Notes under the pieces: model-generated | Seen by the model: only the letters and a program-made list of their open reading frames with translations | The model's database searches: none | Told to the model about the DNA's origin: nothing | Program-made: the position numbers and the translations under genes | Shown: piece after piece, positions 48,662 to 58,063 of the stretch | How positions within the stretch are numbered: the first letter of the stretch is position 1 | How the letters are laid out: each line of letters begins with the position of its first letter | NCBI GenBank assembly: GCA_041671325.1 | Contig: JBAZBR010000001.1 | Coordinates: 89,771 to 153,770, forward strand | Direction of reading: 5' to 3' | DNA from: Patescibacteria group bacterium | GTDB taxonomy: Bacteria > Patescibacteriota > Patescibacteriia > PEXW01 | Length of the DNA: 64,000 bases

Positions 48662-50419
48662 CTAAACATTTTCCTTTTTTGCGATTATATCCTTGACTTT
48701 CTTAATAAAACTGGATTTTTTCATGACTGATACTTTTTCCTTGCCCCGGATGCGGACATGCAAGTTTTTGGACTTTTTCTCCTTATCGCCGATAACAAGC
48801 ATATAAGGGATTTTTTGTTTGACCGCTTGGCGGATTTTGTAACCTACGGTTTCGTTATCGTCATAGACCTCAATCCGAATATTTTCTTCAGTAAATTCTT
48901 TAGCCAATTTTTTTGAATGGCTAATATGAGTTTTGCCGACTGGGATAATGGCCACTTGGACAGGGGAGAGCCAGACTGGAAAAGAGCCTGCATAGTGCTC
49001 AATTAAAAAAGCTATAGTCCTTTCCAAACAACCTACTGAAGCCCGGTGCAAGACAATGGGTTGTTTTTCCTGGCCATGGTTGTCAATATATTTTAGGTTA
49101 AACCTTTTTGGCAGGACAAAATCATATTGTACGGTAAAAGCCGTGTCTTCCTGGCCATTAATTCTTTTCATCTGTACGTCAATTTTTGGCCCGTAAAAAG
49201 CCGCTTCGCCTTCAGCTTCATAAAAAGGCGCTTTGGTATCCTTTAAAACTTTTCTTAAGACATTTTCGGCAATATCCCATGCTTTATCATCCTTGTAATA
49301 TTTTTTCGAGTCATTCCTATCGCCCAAAGAAAGCCGGTATAAATAATCCTTGCCCTTTTTCAGGCCTAAGTTTTTATTAATGAAATCAATTAGTTTCAAA
49401 ACTTCCTTGATTTCTGATTCAGCCTGCTGGGGTTCCAAGAAAATATGCGCATCAGCCAAGGTAAAAATCCTAACCCGCATCAAGCCAGTTAATTCGCCAC
49501 TTTTTTCATATCGGAATTGTGAAGCAAGTTCCGCAATCCGCAAAGGCAATTCACGATAACTGCGAGGTTTGGAGGCATAAAGCATGAAATGGTGCGGGCA
49601 AGTCATGGGCCGCAAGATCAATTCATCCTCATCCACTTTCATGACAGGGTACATGGTGTCTTTGTAATACGGGTAATGGCCGGAGGTCTTGTATAAGTCC
49701 GTCTTAGCCAGGGGCGGGGTATAGACATGCTGGTAGCCGCGTTTCAATTCTTCATCAACCGTAAACCTTTCCAACTCGCGGCGGATGGTTGCGCCTTTCG
49801 AGGTGAGCATGGGCAAACCTCGGCCGACTTGATCAGCAAAAACAAACAAATCCAATTCTTGTCCAAGCTTACGGTGGTCGCGTTTTCTGGCTTCTTCTTG
49901 CATTTGCAGATACTCATCTAAGGTTTTTTTGTCCGCAAATGCCACGCCATAAATTCGGGTCAGCATTTGGTTTTTCTCGTTGCCACGCCAATAAGCGCCA
50001 GCCACATGGGTCAATTTAAAACCCTCCACGGGAATTTCCTTGGTGGAATTGATATGCGGGCCTGAACACAAATCCAAAAATTTGCCGGATTGGTAATAGG
50101 TAATTGGTTTTTTTTCTTTAAACAGTTCGTCGATCAATTCCAACTTGTATTTTTGGTTTTTAGAAAGCTCTTTAGCTTCGGATGGGGTAATGTCAAGCTT
50201 TTGGAAAACCAAATTTTGGCTAATAAATTTCTTCATCTGTTTTTCCAGTTTAGGCAAGTCGGCATTGGTAATAGGTTGGGGGAGTTCAAAATCATAATAA
50301 AAACCATTTTCAATTACCGGACCGATGGCTAATTTGGCATTGGGGAATTTTTCCAAAACGGCCATGGCTAAAATGTGGGAGAGAGAATGGCGGATTTTAT
50401 ACAGTTGTTCGTTATCCAT
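48662..50419 (-). CDS. thrS: Threonine--tRNA ligase (lacking N-terminal TGS extension)
   Basis: Editing-domain motif RHSLSHIL. Class II motifs (FRYE, GLMRVR, GSFPVWLSP). Anticodon-binding C-terminus. Start set at ATG 50419 (MDNEQ), because the TTG at 50446 lies inside the leader terminator. Confidence 0.85.
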   Translation of the reverse strand: MDNEQLYKIRHSLSHILAMAVLEKFPNAKLAIGPVIENGFYYDFELPQPITNADLPKLEKQMKKFISQNLVFQKLDITPSEAKELSKNQKYKLELIDELFKEKKPITYYQSGKFLDLCSGPHINSTKEIPVEGFKLTHVAGAYWRGNEKNQMLTRIYGVAFADKKTLDEYLQMQEEARKRDHRKLGQELDLFVFADQVGRGLPMLTSKGATIRRELERFTVDEELKRGYQHVYTPPLAKTDLYKTSGHYPYYKDTMYPVMKVDEDELILRPMTCPHHFMLYASKPRSYRELPLRIAELASQFRYEKSGELTGLMRVRIFTLADAHIFLEPQQAESEIKEVLKLIDFINKNLGLKKGKDYLYRLSLGDRNDSKKYYKDDKAWDIAENVLRKVLKDTKAPFYEAEGEAAFYGPKIDVQMKRINGQEDTAFTVQYDFVLPKRFNLKYIDNHGQEKQPIVLHRASVGCLERTIAFLIEHYAGSFPVWLSPVQVAIIPVGKTHISHSKKLAKEFTEENIRIEVYDDNETVGYKIRQAVKQKIPYMLVIGDKEKKSKNLHVRIRGKEKVSVMKKSSFIKKVKDIIAKKENV

Positions 50420-50424
50420 ATAAT

Positions 50425-50640
50425 TTTTATAATTAAATAAAACCAAAGCAATTTATTGCTTCGGGTCCCTTTTATCAATATTTGATAATGTGGGAGGTTC
50501 CACCCGGATTCTCCGACGTACGTCGGAGCACTCATTTCTATCAGTCTTTAGCTTAGTCTACCTTCGGTAGATACCATTGTTTGGCAGGATGCTTGGTTAA
50601 TTGCATCTCAATCACTAAAAACTGAAATTAGTATAGGGTA
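50425..50640 (-). promoter_or_regulatory. T-box riboswitch leader of thrS (Thr specifier ACC; antiterminator with UGGA bulge; overlapping terminator)
   Basis: RNA sense: GAUGCaauuaACCAaGCAUC specifier hairpin. Antiterminator is CCGGG-UGGAACC-UCCC ... GGGA-CCCG (A1, 7-nt bulge, A2). Alternative terminator is CCGAAGCAAuaaaUUGCUUUGG followed by UUUUAUUU. Confidence 0.65.
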
Positions 50641-50651
50641 ATTGGCAGGTA

Positions 50652-50680
50652 TTGACAAATTGTAAAAGTCATGCTATTTT
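50652..50680 (+). promoter_or_regulatory. Promoter TTGACA-N17-TATTTT for gene 50796
   Basis: TTGACA at 50652. TATTTT at 50675. Confidence 0.45.
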
Positions 50681-50795
50681 ATAAAGTTCATTTTTCACAT
50701 GGTGTGAAATTTGGACAGCCAAAACCAAAATTTACCTACTGGCGATGGATGATGGGTAACACCCTGAACCAATCAAAAGAGGTAGAGGAGTTTAT

Positions 50796-51329
50796 ATGTC
50801 GTTATATGCGTACATTGATACAACAGAGTTACCGCAAGGCTGGCACTTAAAATTGCACAACTCAGCGTGTGGATTTTTAATTGGCCCCGATGGCAGAGAG
50901 TGTCAAATTTCCCTTCGTAATTCTGAATATTATTTTCAAACTTATGAGGATGGGTTCGCGCCAGTCATACAAGCAATTCTTATTCCAGCCATATATCGGG
51001 TTACGTTGGTGATGAAGGTTCATGACCCAGAACATATGGCAATTATTGACTGCGGGGAGTCTGTAAGGGGATCCACAACCGCAAACGTAAGAAAGGATTG
51101 CACATTTATCGATAAGGGGAAGCGGGTAGACTTCATAGAGATTTCTATTAGCGGGCCATCCATTGAAGAAGTGATGGCATTGAAGAGTGAAATCCTCTGC
51201 GGTCGTCAGGCTGATGAACCCTATTACAAAATAACTAGTCTCAAACGTTGGTTGAAAGTACGGTTTATGAGGCTGGTGAGAGCTTGGGTGCGTCAGAATG
51301 AGGAAACCCGTGGTGAAGTTACGCCATAA
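50796..51329 (+). CDS. Hypothetical Cys-containing protein (accessory islet)
   Basis: 177 aa with RBS AGAGGTAGAGGAG. Cysteines at CGF, GREC, IDCGE, CTF, LCGR. Has its own promoter and terminator. Confidence 0.55.
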   Translation: MSLYAYIDTTELPQGWHLKLHNSACGFLIGPDGRECQISLRNSEYYFQTYEDGFAPVIQAILIPAIYRVTLVMKVHDPEHMAIIDCGESVRGSTTANVRKDCTFIDKGKRVDFIEISISGPSIEEVMALKSEILCGRQADEPYYKITSLKRWLKVRFMRLVRAWVRQNEETRGEVTP

Positions 51330-51339
51330 ACTTTACCAT

Positions 51340-51375
51340 GATAGCGTTTGACGGGCTTGGAATTTCTGAGCCCGT
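51340..51375 (+). terminator. Intrinsic terminator GACGGGCTTggaatttctgAGCCCGT followed by TTTCTTTTTC
   Basis: Hairpin and T-tract. Confidence 0.6.
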
Positions 51376-51385
51376 TTTCTTTTTC

Positions 51386-51414
51386 TTGACTTTTGCCTCA
51401 TTTAAATTATCATA
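51386..51414 (+). promoter_or_regulatory. Putative promoter TTGACT-N16/17-TATCAT for the sORF pair
   Basis: TTGACT at 51386. TATCAT at about 51408. Confidence 0.4.
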
Positions 51415-51439
51415 AACCCATACCTCAAAGGAGGTGCGT

Positions 51440-51487
51440 ATGTATTCCAAGGTTCGTTTCCTGCTGGATCCCACTGACGGAGGCTAG
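51440..51487 (+). CDS. Putative 15-aa peptide MYSKVRFLLDPTDGG
   Basis: AAAGGAGGT, then a 7-nt spacer, then ATG. Shares the FLLDP core and a 14-nt identical DNA stretch (TTCCTGCTGGATCC) with the second sORF. Confidence 0.3.
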   Translation: MYSKVRFLLDPTDGG

Positions 51488-51545
51488 TGACGAAAAAGCT
51501 AAAATCCGTCTAAGGATTCGGCCAAACCTTTCTTGGAGGGTAGTA

Positions 51546-51596
51546 ATGTTCAAGAAAGTCGATCATTTCCTGCTGGATCCTCACGAGGGAGAGTAG
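51546..51596 (+). CDS. Putative 16-aa peptide MFKKVDHFLLDPHEGE
   Basis: GGAGGG, then tagta, then ATG. Paralogous to the first sORF. Followed by a bidirectional terminator at 51634-51666. Confidence 0.3.
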   Translation: MFKKVDHFLLDPHEGE

Positions 51597-51633
51597 AGGG
51601 GTTTCGAAATTCTGAATGAGGATTAAAAGCAAT

Positions 51634-51666
51634 AGGGTGGAGTCAATTTGATCCACCCTGTTTTAA
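51634..51666. terminator. Bidirectional intrinsic terminator AGGGTGGAgtcaatttgaTCCACCCT
   Basis: Hairpin flanked by A-rich sequence upstream and a T-rich run downstream. Confidence 0.55.
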
Positions 51667-51683
51667 TTGGGGCTTGTTTTAAC

Positions 51684-52046
51684 TTAGGCCGCTTCCCGGT
51701 GGCGTGGGGGGTGTTCTGGATTGATGATTTTTTCAACCTCTTGCCTGACTGCACCATCAATTTCCTTTTGGGTTTTTTTCTGGCCGGAATAGGTGCTTTC
51801 AAAATCCATTAAAGCGCTATAAGCCTGGTTAGCGGCGGCATCAATTGTTTCATCCTGGTTATAAAACTCCTGCCATCTTTCGTCAGATACATTTTCAACT
51901 TTATCTAGCCTTTCTTTTTCGTACATGTGGAAGCGCTGTTTGACTCTGGCTTCAATTAATTCTTTTAGCAACCTTTCATAGACCAAAGATTGGTCAATAT
52001 TGCTTTCCGTTGCCTCTTCAACTGATGGAATTTCAATTGTTGGCAT
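51684..52046 (-). CDS. Hypothetical acidic protein, last gene of dnaE operon
   Basis: 120-aa ORF. No family recognised. Confidence 0.45.
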   Translation of the reverse strand: MPTIEIPSVEEATESNIDQSLVYERLLKELIEARVKQRFHMYEKERLDKVENVSDERWQEFYNQDETIDAAANQAYSALMDFESTYSGQKKTQKEIDGAVRQEVEKIINPEHPPRHREAA

Positions 52047-52070
52047 AGGTTTGGAAGATTAAAGTTAAAA

Positions 52071-53318
52071 TTATTGGCCTCGGTTGACTTCCAGCTGGAG
52101 GTTGTTTTTTTCACTAGTGATTTTGTTTGACCAGAATGGCGCCAATTCTATGATTACGCTTGAAACCGCTGGGTATTTGGCCAGCAAGGCTTCAACCTCA
52201 GTTTTAGTCTTACCGGTGTAGGTTTCGGCTTTAAGCAGGGTATGGCTCGGCGCTAAAGTGGTTTTGCCAGTGGCGGTTATTTCAAATTCAGCTTTTTGCT
52301 TGGCACTGTCATAAGAATTAATTTTAAAAGCCAAATCATTACTGGATATTTGCAGAAGTTGCAGGTCGGCAGTAATGGTGGAATTCAAAAGTTTGGTAGC
52401 CGAATCCACAACCAGAGCTTCGTCAATGGCAATTCCGATAGTCTTTACGGTCAATTTTAGCGTGTAGCTGGTTTTTTTATCACCAATTTTAGGGCCTTCA
52501 CGTTTGGTAGCTGTAGCATAAACCATGTCAGTGAATAATTTCCGGCCAGTGGGCACCAGTTTTTGTAAGTCAGGCAAAGCTTTTTCCGCCGCTGATTTCA
52601 AAAGCTCACTTTCCGCATTAGCCAGTTCATTGGCGGTTAAACCTGGGACATTAGAATTGGAAGAGGTTGAAGTGGTTTGTTCACCGTAAAAATTTTCAGT
52701 AGCAAGGCCGTAAATCTTGTCTTGGAGGCCAAGCCACAGGCCTGGAATTGTAAAACGCGTATCTTTTTCCAAAGCGCCTTTTTCTCCGGTTTCATCAGCG
52801 ATAATTAAAGTTTCAACACTGCCCCCGGCAGGCACTATGACTTTTTCCTGGATCCGGAAAATCAAACCACCCGGCGACTTGAAACGCGTGGTGGCCATTA
52901 AGGGCTGGGCTTTGGAATAGTTATTAATGATTTTAATTTCACCCCTGGCTTTACCCGAGAAAGCTGGAGTTTCTTGAGTTTCTGCGGTTGTAGTTTCGGC
53001 TTTAGTCTCGGCTTGGAAGGACTCTTCAACCTCTACGGTTTTTTCCAGAAATGCCGCCGGGATATCAGTATCGATTGGTGTGGAAGCGGCGGTCAAATTG
53101 GTTTTAGCTTCAGCTTTTTGGGGAGTCCAGGTAAAGCTGACCCGGCTTTTACCTGCAGCCAAGAATAAAACTCCGCCTAAAATGATTATGGCTATGGCCA
53201 AGAAACCAAAGACCCAATATTTTTGGCGATCGGTTGTGGTGTGGCGGGGATGGTGTTCCGTATTGTGATGTTCAGAATGGTGTTCAGAATGGTGTTCGTG
53301 ATGATGTTGTTCAGTCAT
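52071..53318 (-). CDS. Hypothetical single-pass membrane protein with His-rich cytoplasmic N-terminus (HHHEHHSEHHSEHHNTEHH)
   Basis: His-rich tract encoded by a tandem DNA repeat. One TM helix. About 350-aa extracytoplasmic region. Directly downstream of dnaE (5-nt gap). Confidence 0.6.
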   Translation of the reverse strand: MTEQHHHEHHSEHHSEHHNTEHHPRHTTTDRQKYWVFGFLAIAIIILGGVLFLAAGKSRVSFTWTPQKAEAKTNLTAASTPIDTDIPAAFLEKTVEVEESFQAETKAETTTAETQETPAFSGKARGEIKIINNYSKAQPLMATTRFKSPGGLIFRIQEKVIVPAGGSVETLIIADETGEKGALEKDTRFTIPGLWLGLQDKIYGLATENFYGEQTTSTSSNSNVPGLTANELANAESELLKSAAEKALPDLQKLVPTGRKLFTDMVYATATKREGPKIGDKKTSYTLKLTVKTIGIAIDEALVVDSATKLLNSTITADLQLLQISSNDLAFKINSYDSAKQKAEFEITATGKTTLAPSHTLLKAETYTGKTKTEVEALLAKYPAVSSVIIELAPFWSNKITSEKNNLQLEVNRGQ

Positions 53319-53322
53319 ATTT

Positions 53323-56300
53323 TTATCTAGTTAAGTTTGATTCGCCGAGTATTTTGGCTAATTCTGGCCAAGCCAGCCGGCTGTTAATTGTATATTTAGT
53401 TTTTATTCGTTTGCCCCCATTGCCATTTTGGGTCAGGAGTTCAACCGGGGTGGCGCCTGGGTATTTTTCAAAAAGGCTTTTTAAGGTTTCAAACTTTTCT
53501 TTGCTTATTTTGGCTTCTAACCTGATAACCAAAGGCCTAATGCCGCTCTGTGTATTAGCGTAAACTTCTAATGCCTGGGTGTCCAGCTCCCGGGCTGAAT
53601 CGGCCAAAAGCTTGGTTTCACCGTCTTTATCCGAAATTTTCCCTTCAATGATAACCAAGCGGCCATCAACCCAAAGCTCGTTGGTGCTTTGGAACAACTT
53701 TGGAAAAACTAAGACCTCAACCGACCCGCCCGCGTCCTCAATCCTGACAAAAAGCATGGAATCATTTTTTTTGGTCAGGATTTTTTGGATTTTAGCCACG
53801 ATCCCGCCAATCCTGACTCTTTCATCCTTGCCGTGTTCGGCTAAGCGGCTGATGGGCGTGGCAATCAAGCTTAATTGTTCCTGGAAAACCCTTAAAGGAT
53901 GATCTGATAAATACAAGCCGACCAAATCTTTTTCCCATTGCAGACATTGGGTTTTAGTGGCAGGGTCGGTTGGTTTCAATCTAAGGGTTGGCGCGTTGCC
54001 AGCTGGCAGGTCAGCAAATAAAGATACTTGGTTATTGGTTTGGGCGGTATTGGCATTTTTATTAAATTTTAAAAGGGTTTCTGAATTGTTTAAAAGTTGG
54101 CCGCGTTCGCCAAACCGGTCAAAGGCTCCGCATTTAATCAGGCTTTCCAATGATTTTTTATTAAAATCCTTGACTTGAACTCGGGTTAATAAATCTTCCA
54201 AGGAACGATAATGCCCATTAGCTTTTCTTTCATGGACAATGGCTTTAACTACATTTTCACCGACGTTTTTTACGGCCGTTAAGCCAAAACGTATTCTATG
54301 GGTAGGTTTTTTAGTTTCCGGGTCATAGACGGCAGTAAACGTCGAATAGCTTTCATTAATATCTGGCGGCAGGACTTGGATGCCCATATGTCGGCACTCA
54401 TCAATTTCAATGGCAATCCGGTCAATTGATCCGTGGTCACCGGTCAATAAGGCGGCCATAAAAGCTTCGGGTTCGTGGGTTTTGAAATAGGCGGTTTGGT
54501 AGGCAATCAGGGCGTAGCAAGCGGCATGTGACCGGTTAAAGCCGTACCTGGCAAATGGCTCGATGAAGTCAAAAACTTTTTCAGCCGTGGCTTTCTTGAT
54601 GCCGTTGTTGACGCAACCGTTAATGAATTTTGTCCTTTGTTCTTTTAAAAGTTTGGCGATTTTTTTGCCCACGGCTTTGCGAAGCACATCAGCTTCACCC
54701 AGGGTGAAACCGGCTAAGTCCCGGGCAATTTCCATAATTTGTTCCTGGTAAACTGCCACGCCGTAAGTTTTTTTCAAAATCTTTTCTAATTTTGGGTGGA
54801 GGTAGGAAGCGGATTTTTTGCCATGCTTGCGAGCGATAAAATCGGGGATAAATTCTATCGGCCCCGGCCGATACAAGGAAACCATGGCAATTAAATCTTC
54901 CAGTTCAGTGGGCTTGAGCTCTTTTAAATATCGGCGCATGCCAGAAGATTCAAATTGAAAGACCCCAATAGTCGTGCCGCCTTGCAATAATTCAAAAACC
55001 TTGGGGTCATCCAAAGGTAACTTGCCTAAATCATATATTTTATTTTGGGCTTTTTGGATAATTTCAATGGTCTGTTCCAGTACGGTTAAGTTTCGCAAGC
55101 CCAAAAAGTCCATTTTTAACAAACCCAAATCTTCAATCGGGTGCAGGGAATATTGGCTAATGACCGTATCATCATCCACGCCCGCGTGCTGTAAAGGAAT
55201 ATGTTCAATTAAAGGTTCTTTAGTAATGACCACGCCGCAAGCGTGAACCGAGGCATGCCTGGCCACGCCTTCCAAGCGGGCGGCGATGTTTAAGAGTTTT
55301 TTGCCGTCTTGGTCATTTTGCATTATTTCTTTTAGTTCTAAGACTGTATCCAAGGCTTGAGGTAAAGTTGTAAACATGGGGATTAGCTTGGCGACGCGGT
55401 CGCAATAGGTATAAGGGAAACCTAAGACTCGGCCCACATCCCTGATTGCGGCTCTGGCTGCCATAGTCCCAAAAGTAATAATTTGAGCCACATGGTCTTC
55501 GCCGTATTTTTCTGCCACGTATTTTAAAACGTCATCCCGTCTGGTGTCGGCAAAATCCAAGTCAATATCCGGCATGGAAATTCTTTCAGGATTCAAAAAT
55601 CTTTCAAACAAAAGATCATAGGCCAGGGGATCGACATTAGTAATATTAGTCAAATAGGAAACAATTGAACCGGCTGCCGAACCGCGGCCCGGGCCAACCA
55701 CCACGCCATGGTTTTTGGCCCAATTCACAAAGTCCTGGACAATCAGGAAATAACCGGCAAAACCCGTCTTTTCTATGACCGAGAACTCATAATCAACACG
55801 CTCTAAAATTTTCCGGTCATTTTCCCGGCCGGGATATCTTTTTGGAATGCCAGCTATGGCTAATTTTCTCAAATAAGAATTTGCCGTTTCAGCCTCTGGC
55901 ACCTCAAAGTGGGGGAGTTGGGTATTGCCAAGCGGCATTTCAACATTGCACCGTTCGGCAATTCTTAAAGTGTTTTCAATAACCTCGGGATGGTCTGGAA
56001 AAGCTTTTTTAAAATCTGCTTCTGACCGCATACTGACATTCACGCCTTTATAGGTCATGCGTTTTGGATCAGCAACCATGCTTCGGGTCTGGATGGCCAA
56101 AAGCACGTCCTGGATATCCGCATCATCTTCGGACAAATAATGCACATCATTTGTGGCCACCACCCCGAGCTTAAATTTTTTTGCCAATTTAAAGATTTCC
56201 TCATTTACTTTCAACTGTTCTTCCATATTGGTATGAGGCTGGACTTCCAAGAAATAATTGGATTCGCCGAAAATTTTTGAATATTTTTTTATGATTGCCT

Positions 56301-56763
56301 CGGGATTTTCATTAATTTTCCCCAAAATAGCTGATGGTAGTTCACCCTGCAAGCAGGCGGTAAGGGCAATCAAGCCATTATGGTATTTGTTCAGCAATTC
56401 TTCGTCGATGCGGGGTCGGTAATAAAAACCTTCCAAGTGGGAATAGGTTACAAGCTTTAATAAATTTTTATAACCAGTAAAATTTTCCGCCAATAAAACC
56501 AGGTGAAACGGTTTTTCATCTATCTTGGCTTCTTTATCATGGCGGGATCTCCTGGCTACATAAGCCTCCACGCCGATAATTGGCTTGAGGCCGGCCGCAA
56601 TGGCTTTTTGGAAAAATTCTACGGCGCCATATAACACCCCATGATCAGTTAACGCTACAGCAGGCGAATTTTGGTTTTTTGCATAATTAACTAAATCGTC
56701 GATCTTGGGCAGGCCGTCGAGCAGGGAATAATGGGAATGGACATGGAGATGGACGAACGACAT
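53323..56763 (-). CDS. dnaE: DNA polymerase III alpha subunit
   Basis: PHP domain start [17 protein letters not shown]. Polymerase core motifs. OB-fold C-terminus. Confidence 0.95.
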   Translation of the reverse strand: MSFVHLHVHSHYSLLDGLPKIDDLVNYAKNQNSPAVALTDHGVLYGAVEFFQKAIAAGLKPIIGVEAYVARRSRHDKEAKIDEKPFHLVLLAENFTGYKNLLKLVTYSHLEGFYYRPRIDEELLNKYHNGLIALTACLQGELPSAILGKINENPEAIIKKYSKIFGESNYFLEVQPHTNMEEQLKVNEEIFKLAKKFKLGVVATNDVHYLSEDDADIQDVLLAIQTRSMVADPKRMTYKGVNVSMRSEADFKKAFPDHPEVIENTLRIAERCNVEMPLGNTQLPHFEVPEAETANSYLRKLAIAGIPKRYPGRENDRKILERVDYEFSVIEKTGFAGYFLIVQDFVNWAKNHGVVVGPGRGSAAGSIVSYLTNITNVDPLAYDLLFERFLNPERISMPDIDLDFADTRRDDVLKYVAEKYGEDHVAQIITFGTMAARAAIRDVGRVLGFPYTYCDRVAKLIPMFTTLPQALDTVLELKEIMQNDQDGKKLLNIAARLEGVARHASVHACGVVITKEPLIEHIPLQHAGVDDDTVISQYSLHPIEDLGLLKMDFLGLRNLTVLEQTIEIIQKAQNKIYDLGKLPLDDPKVFELLQGGTTIGVFQFESSGMRRYLKELKPTELEDLIAMVSLYRPGPIEFIPDFIARKHGKKSASYLHPKLEKILKKTYGVAVYQEQIMEIARDLAGFTLGEADVLRKAVGKKIAKLLKEQRTKFINGCVNNGIKKATAEKVFDFIEPFARYGFNRSHAACYALIAYQTAYFKTHEPEAFMAALLTGDHGSIDRIAIEIDECRHMGIQVLPPDINESYSTFTAVYDPETKKPTHRIRFGLTAVKNVGENVVKAIVHERKANGHYRSLEDLLTRVQVKDFNKKSLESLIKCGAFDRFGERGQLLNNSETLLKFNKNANTAQTNNQVSLFADLPAGNAPTLRLKPTDPATKTQCLQWEKDLVGLYLSDHPLRVFQEQLSLIATPISRLAEHGKDERVRIGGIVAKIQKILTKKNDSMLFVRIEDAGGSVEVLVFPKLFQSTNELWVDGRLVIIEGKISDKDGETKLLADSARELDTQALEVYANTQSGIRPLVIRLEAKISKEKFETLKSLFEKYPGATPVELLTQNGNGGKRIKTKYTINSRLAWPELAKILGESNLTR

Positions 56764-56837
56764 GAGCGCTTGATTTTAAGGTAAAAATCCCCCCGAGCCA
56801 GCATGACATGAGGTTTTAGGTTGGCATGATTTTTCCA

Positions 56838-57176
56838 TTATTCAAAATCTTCTTCAGTTTTTTTTGCCTGCTTTTTGGCCTTTCGGTTTTGGACAAAACT
56901 GGTAACGTCGCTTACCGCTTTGACAATACTGCCGATTGCCGAGGCCGAAGAACTGACTTTATCTTGAATAGTATCCAAAATTGTGCCTAAATGTTCCAGC
57001 CGATCGTGTACGCTCTCAATCATCTTGCGAAATTCCTGGATTGCTTGGTTTACGGTCTTAACAATTTGGACCATATAATACAAAAGCCACACCATAAAAG
57101 CGCCGACTGCCAGTAAAACCGCGGCTAATACGATGTTCAAAATATCGCCTGTGTTCATAGAAAAAAAGTATAACAT
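56838..57176 (-). CDS. Hypothetical membrane protein (DUF948-like: N-terminal TM plus coiled coil)
   Basis: 112-aa ORF with an N-terminal TM helix followed by a helical region. Assignment is weak. Confidence 0.4.
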   Translation of the reverse strand: MLYFFSMNTGDILNIVLAAVLLAVGAFMVWLLYYMVQIVKTVNQAIQEFRKMIESVHDRLEHLGTILDTIQDKVSSSASAIGSIVKAVSDVTSFVQNRKAKKQAKKTEEDFE

Positions 57177-57179
57177 ATT

Positions 57180-58058
57180 TTGAGTTTGGCAGCCAAAGGG
57201 AATTTTAGTTATACTGGGGGTATGGCAGACAACGTTTCCGATTTGGGCTTAAGGTTAAATTACTGGTTTTTAACCAACCGCCAGCAGCTGAGAAAGTGGT
57301 GGGTGATATTGTTATTGGCTCTGGATATATTCATTCTGGCTGTTTGCATTACCCAGGGTCTGCTTATGATTATTCGCTTTCATGACTCAAGCAATACTTT
57401 AAGCAGTATTGTTGAAACAACCAAGCAGAATGGCCAGGCTCAATCGGCTTTTAAGCCTAAAAACTTGGTTCAAGCTACGGCTTTTACGACTTTACACGGC
57501 TTGGGCCGGTATGATTTTTCTGCACGTTTGGAAAACCCCAATGATTATTGGCTAGCCACGGCGACTGTGCAATTTGGAGGCGGGAAGAATAAACTAACTC
57601 CGGTTCAAGTTATATTGCCGCCAAAGAGCATAAGATATGCCATGGCCTTGGATATTGAACCGGCAACCGAAAACGAAGTTCCGAAAGCCAGTTATTCTGT
57701 AACTAATATTAATTGGGAGAAACTGGACGCAGCCGAAGTTGCAAAAAATATCATAGATCTTAAGGTTGAAAAACTTAAACAATCCCAAACTTCATTAATA
57801 TCCAGAGAGGGCACCAATAGGGTTGTTACCCAGGTCAATGGTGAAGTTTCAAATAAGAGTTTTTTTAAATTAGATGGCTTGAGAATAGCAATTGTTTTAA
57901 GCAATGGTACAGAAACTATTGGGGTCAGAAGTGCGATAATTTCCAGCATAGCCGCCGAAACAACCCTGCCGTTTTCAGTTGAATGGGATACGGCTTTGCC
58001 CAGTGCGCAAAAAGTTGAGGCTTTTCCTGAAATTCATAGCCGGTTAATCAAGCCGTAA
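57180..58058 (+). CDS. Hypothetical membrane-anchored protein
   Basis: 292-aa ORF with one N-terminal TM helix. Start is uncertain (TTG 57180 or ATG 57222). Confidence 0.5.
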   Translation: MSLAAKGNFSYTGGMADNVSDLGLRLNYWFLTNRQQLRKWWVILLLALDIFILAVCITQGLLMIIRFHDSSNTLSSIVETTKQNGQAQSAFKPKNLVQATAFTTLHGLGRYDFSARLENPNDYWLATATVQFGGGKNKLTPVQVILPPKSIRYAMALDIEPATENEVPKASYSVTNINWEKLDAAEVAKNIIDLKVEKLKQSQTSLISREGTNRVVTQVNGEVSNKSFFKLDGLRIAIVLSNGTETIGVRSAIISSIAAETTLPFSVEWDTALPSAQKVEAFPEIHSRLIKP

Positions 58059-58063
58059 AAAGC

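Noticed and set aside
51393-51596. 67-aa ORF spanning both FLLDP micro-ORFs
   Set aside because: Its start sits inside the promoter with no SD. The two internal ATGs each have strong SDs, and the first micro-ORF is in a different frame. This fits two separate small frames or an RNA motif better.
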